IMG/VR virus record: IMGVR_UViG_3300025030_000054
Span: 1 to 64,000 of that record
Origin: a virus
Direction: 5' to 3' (one strand)
DNA length: 64,000 nucleotides
Part shown: piece after piece, positions 1 through 9,724 of the stretch
Layout of the letters: each line of letters opens with the position of its first letter
How positions within the stretch are numbered: position 1 is the first letter of the stretch
Notes under the pieces: generated by a model
Database searches by the model: none
Told to the model about the DNA's origin: nothing
What the model saw: the letters and a program-made list of their open reading frames with translations, nothing else
Program-made: the position numbers and the translations under genes

Positions 1-46
1 TCTGTCTCAACCTGTCTGTTAAGTAACTTATCTATTAGTCTCATAA

Positions 47-1624
47 TTACTCCCAATAATCATCATCTATATCCGAGAAAGTAGAAGTTCTAAACATTCC
101 CTGTTTTGCCATTTGAAAGTCTAAGTTAGTTTCAGACTCTAGTTCATCATTAGCCAAGCTACCATCTTTGAGGTATTCTGTATGATCTAAAACAGCAACA
201 TCAATGGCGCCATCTTTAAGGTAACTAAACAAACCATACCTCAAAGCGTCTATCAAATCCCAGTCTGTTTTCTTTTCATCATCGGGCTTGAACGGCTTAA
301 CGCCTCCGCTGGAAGTTTCCCTAGCCATAGATGCCCCGTCTTCTTTCCAGCTAATAAAACAAAGCTGCCTGATAAGTTCTACACAACTATCATGCACCAA
401 CAGCCTTGGGCCTTTAGTCACCTTGCTCCGCTGGTAAAATAAAGTGTTGACGCAGTTAATAGACTCTCTAAGGTTCTTTGAGGCAAGATTGAAATACAAA
501 TCGTACTCAGTTAAGTCAGCATTTGTTTGGGCACCTGCTGGATCGGCGTACCTAACATAAGGATCTATGTTGTGTTTCGCCTCGTATCCGTTTATGTTAG
601 CTGCGTGAATCGGCGTTACCAATTGGTTCTTCTGGTATTCTCCAAATACTAAATAAGTATCTAAGGATTCCATATGTAGGCAATATATACCAGCGAAGTA
701 GTGATTGTACCCAGTGTCAATTGAATGAAATACTGGAAAGGCTCTTGTAGAAATCCACTCCCAAAACCTTGGAAAATCTTTGTCACCAAAAACATTCTCG
801 TCTCTGTCAAATTCCTTAAATACTTTTCCGGCAGAAGAAACAAATTTACCTTCGTATTCTTGCTCCCAAACATCAGGAGGAACACGAAGTTTCAGTTTTT
901 CCAAATAAGATTTAGATATTGTAGGGTTAGAAGAGGTAGGAAAAGACGTTGACCAATAATCAGCATACTTAGGATCAGTGCTTTGCCCTCTCTCGTAATA
1001 GTCTTGTAGCCAGCCCTCTTTAGGAGAACTGATAAGTATCGTCCTAGAATACGGAGCGAAGTCCAGAAGCTGAGGCTCAAGGAACATCTCGAACAGATCA
1101 CGCTGAAACAGTTTGGCTTCGTCTACGATCAGCAACGAAACAGAGTTACCGAGACGAGACTCTACGTTATCGTTTGAAGCAACACAGAGTTTGGCTCCAT
1201 GTGCTAATTCAAGTTCCAGCTCTTTCTTTCTATCCGCTACAATTTCTATACCAAGTCCTTTTATAATATCTCGGACTTGGTTGAAAATAACTTTACAGTT
1301 TTCTAGTCGATAAGAGCAAATAAGAACCTGAGCGTTTGGATAGAGCATCTCTTCGGCTGCTAGGTTAGAAACTATGAAGGACTTTCCCCAACGTCTCCCA
1401 CAAGCTGCTACAAAGGTCTTATATTTGTAATCGAAGGCTAGCCCTAAAGCAGCAGTCTCAGCAGTAGGTGGAACCTTCTCCATGTACGCGTCAATTAATG
1501 TTCTCTGACCGTCATGCGGTATGTTTCCTACATGCTCCAAAAAAGCGTAGGAGTCTAGATTACCTTTTACCTTCAAGTAGTCTATAACTTTTGCACTGCG
1601 TAAAGCAGGTTGTTTGTGTGCCAT
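47..1624 (-). CDS. terL: Terminase large subunit
   Basis: Walker A-like CGRRWGKS, Walker B LIVDEA, coupling motif ISSP, QEYEG motif, C-terminal RNase H-like nuclease (IDTG...DLIDALRY). Confidence 0.95.
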   Translation of the reverse strand: MAHKQPALRSAKVIDYLKVKGNLDSYAFLEHVGNIPHDGQRTLIDAYMEKVPPTAETAALGLAFDYKYKTFVAACGRRWGKSFIVSNLAAEEMLYPNAQVLICSYRLENCKVIFNQVRDIIKGLGIEIVADRKKELELELAHGAKLCVASNDNVESRLGNSVSLLIVDEAKLFQRDLFEMFLEPQLLDFAPYSRTILISSPKEGWLQDYYERGQSTDPKYADYWSTSFPTSSNPTISKSYLEKLKLRVPPDVWEQEYEGKFVSSAGKVFKEFDRDENVFGDKDFPRFWEWISTRAFPVFHSIDTGYNHYFAGIYCLHMESLDTYLVFGEYQKNQLVTPIHAANINGYEAKHNIDPYVRYADPAGAQTNADLTEYDLYFNLASKNLRESINCVNTLFYQRSKVTKGPRLLVHDSCVELIRQLCFISWKEDGASMARETSSGGVKPFKPDDEKKTDWDLIDALRYGLFSYLKDGAIDVAVLDHTEYLKDGSLANDELESETNLDFQMAKQGMFRTSTFSDIDDDYWE

Positions 1625-1627
1625 AAA

Positions 1628-1897
1628 TTAATTAACGAATTTTTTTATAAATTCGGCTCCTATACTTATTGCCAAACCAGTAACCGTAGTGCCTAAAAAA
1701 ATAATTAGACCGTTTATTTTAGCATCAATTTTGTCTATTCTTTTCTCTAAGCTTTCAATAGCAATAGCGATGTGCCCATTAGAAGGATTTGTGATGTGCT
1801 CAATAGCTTCCTTGGCTTCAGAAATATCTGACTCTAGTGCTTTATGTTTTATGTCGCATAATTCCTGAATGAAGCTAGCGGGCCTTGATCCTTCCAT
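1628..1897 (-). CDS. Small coiled-coil protein with C-terminal TM helix (holin/XhlA-like candidate)
   Basis: Coiled coil followed by hydrophobic LIIFLGTTVTGLAISIG and a basic tail. Confidence 0.5.
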   Translation of the reverse strand: MEGSRPASFIQELCDIKHKALESDISEAKEAIEHITNPSNGHIAIAIESLEKRIDKIDAKINGLIIFLGTTVTGLAISIGAEFIKKFVN

Positions 1898-2303
1898 ACA
1901 GTATGCCTCCGAGAAATACCACAGCAGTTGCGGCTAGAATACCCCCTGTATGAACTGGAGGCTTGGTTGTAATAAAGTCGTAACTAAGCAAGGCAAGGGA
2001 GGCGATAGCTGAAAGATAACCTGTAACTAAAACAGACAGACTACCTTTAATGTACCTTTCAAACACCAGGCTACAAGCTCCAAAAAGGCCCAATAAACCC
2101 CACCAAAAGTGAGATGAATACCAGACTGCCTCTAAATTAGGAATGTCCTTTACAGCGCCATTTGTAGAGATACTTACTAAACTTAAAACAGCAAACTGTA
2201 TAAGAACAGTGGAGATGAATAGTTTAAACAAGGCTGTAGGACTGCTTGCATGGAACCCGAAAGCTTCCGCTACAATGTCCTTGATTGCGGTTAGGTATTT
2301 CAT
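1875..2303 (-). CDS. Membrane protein, about 4 TM helices (holin candidate)
   Basis: Four hydrophobic segments; overlaps both neighbours in the packaging operon. Confidence 0.55.
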   Translation of the reverse strand: MKYLTAIKDIVAEAFGFHASSPTALFKLFISTVLIQFAVLSLVSISTNGAVKDIPNLEAVWYSSHFWWGLLGLFGACSLVFERYIKGSLSVLVTGYLSAIASLALLSYDFITTKPPVHTGGILAATAVVFLGGILYGRIKAR

Positions 2304-2776
2304 TCTTTAGTGCCCCCATCCACGTTAAATGTAATACTAGGTTTTGCAGATTTACTGATAAGTGCTTCGATAGTCTTCATGTAGTGGGATTGCTCTTTCT
2401 CACCAGAAGTGTCAGACGCTTTCCGCATACTTTCCATAATATCTAAAGTGTCTCTAGAGGACAGCATACTGAAATCGCCTAGCTCTTCAATCTTCTCGAC
2501 TCTTGCCTCAAGCATTTGATAGCAGAGCTGAAGGTGGTAGGCTCTCATATCTTTAGCAAGATCTAGAACAAAATCATTCATGTACTTTTTGAAGTCTGGA
2601 TGCTTCTTCCACCTTTTGATTGCTGACAAAGGAACGCCAGTAATCTCACTTACACGTTGAGGAGTTTTTGTTACTAAAAGTTCCGCTACCTGTCGTTGTT
2701 CAAATGACATTTCAAGAGGCTTTGCTGCCTCTAAGGTAGTTGGTAATTTATATTCAGTAGTATTTTCTTGGTCCAC
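2300..2776 (-). CDS. terS: Terminase small subunit (HTH)
   Basis: HTH (PQRVSEITGVPLSAIKRWKKHPDF) followed by helical region; upstream of terL. Confidence 0.7.
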   Translation of the reverse strand: MDQENTTEYKLPTTLEAAKPLEMSFEQRQVAELLVTKTPQRVSEITGVPLSAIKRWKKHPDFKKYMNDFVLDLAKDMRAYHLQLCYQMLEARVEKIEELGDFSMLSSRDTLDIMESMRKASDTSGEKEQSHYMKTIEALISKSAKPSITFNVDGGTKE

Positions 2777-2778
2777 GT

Positions 2779-3168
2779 TTACTCTCCGTCGAGGTAGAAT
2801 TCTTTAAATTTCGCTTTAAGATTCCTAAGCCTCTTGCTGACTGTTGCTTGGCAGAGTCCTACAATATCTTTGATTTCTCTCTGCTTCATTCCTAAAAGCA
2901 TCAAATTAAATATCTCTAGGTCAGATTCGCTAAGTCCTTCTTTAAACTTCTCTAGGTCCATCTGCAACTCAAGATCATCGTAAGGTGATACAAGACCGAG
3001 TTCTCCGATTGCTTCCATATAGTTCATGTGTGCCTCTGGGTTTGCTTTGGAAAATTTCTCTTTTCTAAGTGCTGAATAAAGATCTGGACTATACCGCCAG
3101 ATATCTGAATTGTCTTTGCTAACTTCTTCGGGACTGATTCTTTTAGGGGACGTTGATACTCTGTGCAT
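2779..3168 (-). CDS. Sigma-70 region 4-like HTH protein
   Basis: LSESDLEIFNLMLLGMKQREIKDIVGLCQATVSKRLRNLK matches the region-4 pattern; only 129 aa, no region 2 evident. Confidence 0.75.
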   Translation of the reverse strand: MHRVSTSPKRISPEEVSKDNSDIWRYSPDLYSALRKEKFSKANPEAHMNYMEAIGELGLVSPYDDLELQMDLEKFKEGLSESDLEIFNLMLLGMKQREIKDIVGLCQATVSKRLRNLKAKFKEFYLDGE

Positions 3169-3182
3169 ATTCTTTCTCCTAT

Positions 3183-3216
3183 CTTAATATATACCATATT
3201 ACTTAAAAATTTATTA
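3183..3216 (-). promoter_or_regulatory. Candidate phage-specific (late) promoter TAATAAA-N15-GTATATATTAAG
   Basis: One of 5 copies with identical spacing; directly upstream of the terminase operon. Confidence 0.7.
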
Positions 3217-3237
3217 CGTAGAACCATCAATAAATAC

Positions 3238-3266
3238 ATTATAACAGATACCACGGGTTTTGTCAA
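3238..3266 (-). promoter_or_regulatory. Sigma70 promoter
   Basis: TTGACA-N17-TATAAT with extended -10 TG. Confidence 0.85.
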
Positions 3267-3389
3267 GTCTTTTCTTGGGTTTAGGCAAAATAATTATTGT
3301 GGTTATTATTGGGTATGGTTGTGGGTAAGGGATTGGTAAGGCTGTACTTCAAGGCTATAATCTACCTCTAAGACCTTCGGCCCGACCCT

Positions 3390-3418
3390 AGTATAGCACG
3401 ATATCGTTCTTTTGTCAA
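3390..3418 (-). promoter_or_regulatory. Sigma70 promoter into non-coding hairpin/C-rich unit
   Basis: TTGACA-N17-TATACT with TG. Confidence 0.8.
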
Positions 3419-3450
3419 GTCTTTTATTTTTAATCTTGTAAATAAAAGAC

Positions 3451-3479
3451 TTGACAAAACCAAGATCTTGTGTTATAAT
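3451..3479 (+). promoter_or_regulatory. Sigma70 promoter into non-coding unit
   Basis: TTGACA-N17-TATAAT with TG. Confidence 0.85.
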
Positions 3480-3598
3480 AAGTCGAGCGTCAAGCGAAGA
3501 CTACCTATAGACTCTAAGGTTTGCTTTAAAGATTATCCTAATCCCTACCGTACCTTCTATAAACCCACCCAATAAAATTAACTAATTATTATTTGTAG

Positions 3599-3627
3599 TA
3601 ATAAATATTCCTATGGGCGAGTATATA
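3599..3627 (+). promoter_or_regulatory. Candidate phage-specific (late) promoter
   Basis: TAATAAA-N15-GTATATA upstream of the GIY-YIG endonuclease. Confidence 0.6.
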
Positions 3628-3683
3628 GTTTAGTATAACGCACTTTGTGTGCTTTAACTCCGCAACATAAAGGAACCTTATCA

Positions 3684-4682
3684 ATGAAAAATAATAACTG
3701 TTACCTGTACGTGTACACCGATCCACTAAAGCCCGGAAAATTTACCTACACAGATATAGGCATATCGTTTTTGTACGAACCTTTTTATGTAGGTAAAGGA
3801 TCTAGGCAACGTATGTTACAGCACATCCCAGAAGCCAAAAGAATAAATAAAACTTATAAACATAAGACTATAATAAATATAATAGATTCTGGATTAGACC
3901 CCAAAGACTACATTGTAAAAATTAAAAACAATCTTTCTGATGATGAAGCCTACCTCTTAGAAGAGCAGGTTGTAGACAGTATCGGACGTAAGCGAATAAA
4001 TAAAGGCCCACTCCTAAATATCAGGCCGGGAGGGGGTTGGATGACTTATAACGGCAACTCTAAACTATCCTACAAAGACAAACTAGATATAAAAGAATTA
4101 TATCGTTCTGGGATGTCGCCGATGGAAATCAAAGATATTTATAGTGTTTGTTATATTACTGTCTTAGTTGCTCTAAGAGAAGTTAATGCTGAAATTGTAC
4201 AAATATATGACAAAGTTAGAGTCTTCGATAAAGAATCAAGTAGACAAGTGGCTGATTTATACGCTTACGGATTTTCATCTCCTGAAATAGCCGAAATTTA
4301 TAACACATGTGAGGAGGTCGTCCTAAAAGCAGTTAAAGCTAATAATGTCGAGATTAGAGCTGGCAGATCTTTTACGAAACTTAGAACACTCAAAGATGAG
4401 ATAATATCTAAATATAATTCAGGAGCCTCTTTCGAAGAATTAGAAGAATTTTTTAGTACCGCATCTATCTTTATCGGAAAAATTTTGAGAGAGAACGGAG
4501 TACAAGTTAACCCGCCCAACTTTACAAAGACTTTGGAAACTAAGGTCATAAAACTATACCAATCAGGAAAAACCATGAAGCAAACTGGACTTGAAGTGGG
4601 TTTATCTATATGCCACGTAGAAAATATTTTAAAGATAAATAATATCAAAACTAGAGGCAGGAGCGCAGCAGTAAAAAAGTAG
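3684..4682 (+). CDS. GIY-YIG-like homing endonuclease with tandem HTH repeats
   Basis: YLYVY...FYVGKG...R...H...EAYLLE...LLN pattern; repeated helical HTH units; start moved to ATG 3684 by RBS AAGGA. Confidence 0.85.
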   Translation: MKNNNCYLYVYTDPLKPGKFTYTDIGISFLYEPFYVGKGSRQRMLQHIPEAKRINKTYKHKTIINIIDSGLDPKDYIVKIKNNLSDDEAYLLEEQVVDSIGRKRINKGPLLNIRPGGGWMTYNGNSKLSYKDKLDIKELYRSGMSPMEIKDIYSVCYITVLVALREVNAEIVQIYDKVRVFDKESSRQVADLYAYGFSSPEIAEIYNTCEEVVLKAVKANNVEIRAGRSFTKLRTLKDEIISKYNSGASFEELEEFFSTASIFIGKILRENGVQVNPPNFTKTLETKVIKLYQSGKTMKQTGLEVGLSICHVENILKINNIKTRGRSAAVKK

Positions 4683-4726
4683 CTCACCCACTCCTAAATT
4701 TATTTTCGCAATACTCAAAATAAAGC

Positions 4727-4755
4727 TTGACTTTTACCCACTCTTGTGTTATAAT
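4727..4755 (+). promoter_or_regulatory. Sigma70 promoter
   Basis: TTGACT-N17-TATAAT with TG. Confidence 0.8.
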
Positions 4756-4785
4756 GGTTGTATTGAATCACTAAAGGAGAAACAA

Positions 4786-5043
4786 ATGACAAACGCACCT
4801 ATCAATACAACTTCTATATTCCCTTCCGAATTTACTGACAGAGATAAGACTCTAATCTCTGAAACCGTAGAGCGACGTACCAAACTGCTTGAACTATTAC
4901 AGGCAAGTAATCTGGAAAGAATCGCTAAGTTGTCTAAAGCAATCAAAGAGAAGGAACGTGTAGAATCCTCTAAGAAGAATTCAGCTAGGTCCAAAAACAA
5001 AGCTGCTAAGAAAGCTAGAAAAATTAATAGGAGAAATAAATAA
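4786..5043 (+). CDS. Basic hypothetical protein
   Basis: RBS AAGGAG before ATG 4786; K/R-rich tail. Confidence 0.65.
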   Translation: MTNAPINTTSIFPSEFTDRDKTLISETVERRTKLLELLQASNLERIAKLSKAIKEKERVESSKKNSARSKNKAAKKARKINRRNK

Positions 5044-5264
5044 TGTGCCCACTGTTTGATTATAAATGTGAATCTTGTGACGAAATCATAGAAGATGTTT
5101 TCAAGCGTAGTACTAGCGACCCAGTTATTGAGTGCCCTGCCTGTGGCGCTGAAGTTACATTTAGGCACGCTCTTGTAGGTAGCTCGACGTTTAAACTGAA
5201 GGGCGCTGGCTGGTATAAGGACGGTTATAATAAAGATAACAACAATATTAATGTTAAGTATTGA
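5043..5264 (+). CDS. FmdB-family zinc-ribbon protein
   Basis: PLFDYKCESC...CPACG...FKLKGAGWYKDGY. Confidence 0.85.
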   Translation: MCPLFDYKCESCDEIIEDVFKRSTSDPVIECPACGAEVTFRHALVGSSTFKLKGAGWYKDGYNKDNNNINVKY

Positions 5265-5371
5265 TTTTAGGAATTCGGATAGGTAGAATTGGTAATTACC
5301 TATTTTACTGTTTGGAATTAATGTTTTAAATAATTGTTTAAATACTGTTTTAAATAATCCTCGGAGAGATT

Positions 5372-6742
5372 ATGCCAAAAACTTATGTGCTGGATACGAA
5401 CGTGCTTCTAGCTGACTCAGAAGCCTTTCAGAAATTTGAAGACAACGACCTTGTAATTCCTATCCCCGTCTTAGAGGAACTCGACAGATTCAAAAAAGAA
5501 ATGACAGAGATAGGAAGGAATGCTAGGCAGACTGCTAGAAATCTTGATGCACTCAGAGAACTTGGCGATTTGTCTGTGGGGGTTAAACTTCCTAGCGGTG
5601 GAACTATCAGAGTAGCAGTGGCATTATCTAGAGTACTCTGCAAATTACCTTTAGGGCTTGATGAAAATATACCTGACAATCAGATCTTAGCAGTGGCTGT
5701 AGACTGTCATGGAATTTTGGTATCTAGGGATGTTAACCTAAGAATCAAAGCATCGGCTGTTGGAGTACCTGCTGAAGATTATAAACATACCGCAGTAAAG
5801 GTTGATGAGTTCTATACAGGCACTGGGAGAGGTTGGGTGTCAGGTGAAACTCTTAGCAAAATCTACAGTGATAAGAAATTGAATTTGGAAGATGTGACTT
5901 TGGTTGATATGGAAGTTCCTTACCCAAATCAGTGCTTCACTGTTTATAGCATGGACAATGAGAAGCAAGCGGCTCTTACCAGATACGACGCAGTAATGAA
6001 AGAGTTTGTGCTTCTGCCAGCAGACCTTAAAACGCTTGGCTTGGTCCCTAAAAATGCTGAACAGAGTTATGCTTTGGATTTGATGCTTAATGAAAATATA
6101 AATCTTGTTTCAGTGATTGGTAGGGCGGGTAGTGGTAAGACTCTTTTAGCATTGGCCGCAGCACTGCATGGAGTACTTGAGACAAAAAGATTTACTAAGC
6201 TGCTAATTCTAAAACCTATAGTGAGTGTTGGAAACGCACATAAACTAGGGTACATTCCTGGATCAACGGAAATGAAGCTAGCACCTTGGATGGCCAGCTT
6301 CTTTGACAATATTTCGTTCATTATGGGCGAGCCTACTTTCGACGAAGCACCTCTGAAAAAATCTAAAAAGAAAGAATCATTTGAGGACAAAAGTGCTGCC
6401 AAATTAACTGCGGCAGAAGAGTTAATGGCGTTGGGGTTGCTTGAGTGCGGCAGCTTAGAAACACTACGTGGAAGGTCCTTGCCAAATCAAGCTATCATTA
6501 TCGATGAGAGTCAGCAGCTTACTAACCATGAATTGAAAACTATCATAACTAGGGCTGGAGAAGGTTCCTGCATTTTTATGCTGGGCGACATTTCTCAGGT
6601 AGATTTGCCGTACCTCAGTGAAGATAATAATGGCCTTGTCTACGTAGCTGACAGAATGAAGCACAGTGAGATTACTGCTCACATTACATTAGTTAAAACG
6701 GTTAGATCTAAACTTGCTGAACTTGCTGCGGAGTTACTGTGA
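5372..6742 (+). CDS. phoH: PIN-PhoH protein
   Basis: N-terminal PIN (YVLDTNVLL), Walker A GRAGSGKT, LRGRSL, IIDESQ, GDISQVD. Confidence 0.95.
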   Translation: MPKTYVLDTNVLLADSEAFQKFEDNDLVIPIPVLEELDRFKKEMTEIGRNARQTARNLDALRELGDLSVGVKLPSGGTIRVAVALSRVLCKLPLGLDENIPDNQILAVAVDCHGILVSRDVNLRIKASAVGVPAEDYKHTAVKVDEFYTGTGRGWVSGETLSKIYSDKKLNLEDVTLVDMEVPYPNQCFTVYSMDNEKQAALTRYDAVMKEFVLLPADLKTLGLVPKNAEQSYALDLMLNENINLVSVIGRAGSGKTLLALAAALHGVLETKRFTKLLILKPIVSVGNAHKLGYIPGSTEMKLAPWMASFFDNISFIMGEPTFDEAPLKKSKKKESFEDKSAAKLTAAEELMALGLLECGSLETLRGRSLPNQAIIIDESQQLTNHELKTIITRAGEGSCIFMLGDISQVDLPYLSEDNNGLVYVADRMKHSEITAHITLVKTVRSKLAELAAELL

Positions 6743-7019
6743 TAATTAAAGTAAGGAGAGGAATCCTACAATGCTACTAAAACTACAAAGGAAACTTAAC
6801 CTATACCCATTCTGTAAATTCAGCAAAACTAAAGGAGACAGACTCTGGTACATAACAGCCAAGCAAGGACATAGAGTTTACATTCCTTTCGGAGTTTCTA
6901 TAGCCAAATCTTTAGAAGGACCTTTCAAGATTGTTCTGTATAAATTTTACTTAGGACCTCTAGTTATTAATATAGGAAGAAAAATTTAAATTATTTTCCC
7001 CCAACCCCCAAAATAAAGC

Positions 7020-7049
7020 TTGACAAAACCCACTTCCGTGTGCTATAAT
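7020..7049 (+). promoter_or_regulatory. Sigma70 promoter
   Basis: TTGACA-N18-TATAAT with TG. Confidence 0.75.
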
Positions 7050-7055
7050 GTACCT

Positions 7056-7228
7056 ATAGCTCAGAGAACTAAAAGATTGCCTGAAGGTGTTACTTAATAT
7101 GGAGAGTAACTGGTGACTAGCAAGGATTCCTCCTATCTAAAGTTAGTCCACTTAATGTGTAAAAGCCTAATCTGTTAGTTCGGTGAAGGGGGCTGCTTCT
7201 AACTCAATTAGCAGCTCCCTTTTATTTT
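7056..7228 (+). ncRNA. Candidate structured leader/sRNA ending in an intrinsic terminator
   Basis: GAACTAA-A-AGATT (7066-7078) pairs with AATCT-G-TTAGTTC (7169-7181) and encloses two hairpins; terminator 7186-7221 plus T-tract. Confidence 0.45.
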
Positions 7229-7250
7229 ATCTAAAAGGAGAAAGATTAAA

Positions 7251-7739
7251 ATGTGGTGGAAAAAACTATTAGCAATTAAGGTATCACTTGTAGTAGCAGT
7301 ATTGGCAGTCCTCTTGGTAAACGCAACTGACAGGATACATGAGAGATCGCTTGAAGTAAAGTACCTAAAGCAACAGGTAGAGCTACACAAGAAATTTGAA
7401 ACAAGAATGATGGGCATGGAGTGTAAAGATTTAAGGTCTGTGAAAGTTACCGTAACATCATTCAACCCAGTCAAGAGGCAAACAGATAGTGAACCACTTA
7501 TCGGAGCATCTGGTGAATTAGTTACTCCGGGAATTGTGGCAATATCCAGAGACTTAACTAAGAAGTATGGTATCAAGTTAGGCGATAAGGTAGTTATTGA
7601 GGGATATGGAGTGTTCACTGTAAAAGATTTTACAAATTCTAGGTTCAGGAAACGTGTTGATGTGCTCTCACTCATCCCTGACTTTTCTAAGGAATTTGGC
7701 ATCAAGAGGGGTATTAACCTCTATTTTAATAAAAACTAG
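7251..7739 (+). CDS. 3D-domain cell-wall hydrolase with N-terminal signal/TM
   Basis: VTSFN...QTD...VAISRDL...G..VVIEGYG.FTVKD...RVDVL. Confidence 0.8.
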   Translation: MWWKKLLAIKVSLVVAVLAVLLVNATDRIHERSLEVKYLKQQVELHKKFETRMMGMECKDLRSVKVTVTSFNPVKRQTDSEPLIGASGELVTPGIVAISRDLTKKYGIKLGDKVVIEGYGVFTVKDFTNSRFRKRVDVLSLIPDFSKEFGIKRGINLYFNKN

Positions 7740-8108
7740 GAGAATCCAAATGACAATTAAAGAAATCGAAAAAGAAATAGCACTTATCAAAGAACTGCTG
7801 GAACTTAGAGGGAAACTTGGGGGCAATACTGAGGTAGTTACTACGGTTAACGCTACTATCACTGGCGGCCTCATTCCTAAAACAAAACCTGCTGTGTTCG
7901 GAGGTACTGGCTGGGTAGATTTTGACTATTATGACAAAGCTGCGCTAGCTGTTACCAGAAAGATTATGGAAAATGCAGCTAAAGAAGACAAAGGCTGGCC
8001 CTCTAGTGAAGAAGCTTGGAAAGATGTAGAGAAGCCTTTCTACAATGAAAATACCGGAGTACGGTTCGCTTGTACCTGCGGGTCGCGTAAATAAAAGGAA
8101 CCGATAAA

Positions 8109-8408
8109 ATGCTCAAGCAATATATTTACAGAAATCGAAATGGCAAGAGGCAGAGGGTTGGTGTGTTGGTAGGAACTACAGTGAAGAATCAGATTGTTCT
8201 AGGCTACTCCCTATGCTGCCCTGAAGACACCTTCGACAGAGACAAAGGACTAGCGATAGCACTTGGCAGAGCACTTAGCCCGAAACTCATAGGCTGTCCT
8301 CCATCAATTGAGAATGATGTTTGGGACTTTGCTCTCAGGTGTATCAAGTATTTTAAAGATGCTAGGATATTTGACGAAGACGATGATTTTAACATGATTG
8401 GAGAATAA
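8109..8408 (+). CDS. Phage protein with G.S.C..ED.FD...G..IAL.RA motif
   Basis: GYSLCCPEDTFDRDKGLAIALGRA. Confidence 0.6.
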   Translation: MLKQYIYRNRNGKRQRVGVLVGTTVKNQIVLGYSLCCPEDTFDRDKGLAIALGRALSPKLIGCPPSIENDVWDFALRCIKYFKDARIFDEDDDFNMIGE

Positions 8409-8741
8409 CTTGAAATACAAACTCTATAGATTCACAGTAATTGTAACCTCAATTTTCTTTATTTTTACAGCCCTTCCGTTCATTGCCTTAAGCCTTACCT
8501 CGGTAGCAGTCAAAACTTTATGTGATATCGTGCTAGATTTGATTGATGGTAACAGCCTAAGTAACTGGCTGGTAGGTAAAACTAATGAGGCTTTGGCTGA
8601 AGTTGAAGGTAAATATGCTAGCAAACCAGAAGAAAATGATGAAGAATAACCTGAAGAGAGCCTGTAAAATGGCTCTCTTTCCTTCATTTTATAGCAATTT
8701 ATACAAATAAATCTGTATAAAACCAATTTAGGAGGTATAAA

Positions 8742-8996
8742 ATGGTAGATACCTATAGAAGCAGAATCTGCCCTATTTGCTCAGGTGTTGTGGAATGTGA
8801 CCTTAGAGCAACCCAGACTGACTTAGATAACTCATTTAAAGTAGCGTTTACAGCAGTTTGTAGTAGGTGTGGCCTGAGCGTTGAAGGTAATAAGTCTAGC
8901 CTGTTTGAGCTGTTTAGTGAGGCTAAGGTTAAAGCTGTCGAAGAAGTTGATGACAAATGGGTGTATACCACGGCAACTTACAGGAGTCTAGTTTGA
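8742..8996 (+). CDS. Small zinc-finger protein
   Basis: CPICS...CSRCG; RBS AGGAGG. Confidence 0.6.
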   Translation: MVDTYRSRICPICSGVVECDLRATQTDLDNSFKVAFTAVCSRCGLSVEGNKSSLFELFSEAKVKAVEEVDDKWVYTTATYRSLV

Positions 8997-9571
8997 AAAT
9001 CTTAGTCTCCTGCGAATTTTCTGGAACTGTGAGGGACGCGTTTATAGCCAAAGGTCATGACGCTATGAGTTGTGACCTGTTACCTACTGAAAGTGAAGGA
9101 CCTCATTACCAAGGCGACGTGAGGGACATACTAGATGGCGGTTGGGACCTTATGATAGCCCACCCTCCATGTGACCATTTAGCAGTTTCTGGAGCAGCTT
9201 GGTTTAAACAGAAACAGGAGGACGGTAGGCAGCAACAAGGCATAGATTTCTTCATGCTGATGGTAAATGCTCCTATCCCTAAGAAGTGCATAGAGAACCC
9301 TGTGGGCATTATGTCTAGCCGGTATAGGAAGCCTGACCAGATAGTTAACCCTTGGCAGTTTGGTGATTCTATTTCTAAGAAGACTTGTCTATGGCTATTT
9401 AACTTACCGCCTTTGGTACCTACGGATATAGTGGAACCTAGCAAGTACATAACCAGTCCAAGTGGTAAGAGGTATCCTGAGTGGAATTGGAATACTGGTG
9501 GAGGGTCTGGTAAGAAACGTTCTATGTTCTTTGAGGGAATGGCTAAGGCGATGGCAGATCAGTGGGGTTAG
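8993..9571 (+). CDS. Phage DNA cytosine-5 methyltransferase-like protein
   Basis: KILVSCEFSG, catalytic HPPC, ENPVG; TTG start at 8993 with RBS AGGAG. Confidence 0.8.
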   Translation: MKILVSCEFSGTVRDAFIAKGHDAMSCDLLPTESEGPHYQGDVRDILDGGWDLMIAHPPCDHLAVSGAAWFKQKQEDGRQQQGIDFFMLMVNAPIPKKCIENPVGIMSSRYRKPDQIVNPWQFGDSISKKTCLWLFNLPPLVPTDIVEPSKYITSPSGKRYPEWNWNTGGGSGKKRSMFFEGMAKAMADQWG

Positions 9572-9618
9572 CTAGGCGGTACTATATAACATTTCAAAAA
9601 TACCTTTCATGGAATTTC

Positions 9619-9657
9619 GGCCCTATTCTTAATTGAGTAGGGTCATTTTTGTTTTTG
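9619..9657 (+). terminator. Intrinsic terminator
   Basis: GGCCCTATTC...GAGTAGGGTC hairpin followed by T-rich tract. Confidence 0.65.
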
Positions 9658-9724
9658 GATTTAGTTTAGCTGTTTTGTGAGTTGTAGTGCTAGTAGTTTT
9701 GTGGGGATGTTTTAGGTAACTTGG

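Noticed and set aside
7078-7170. Hammerhead ribozyme (CUGAAGG resembles CUGANGA)
   Set aside because: Core mismatch and no GAAA after the putative stem II
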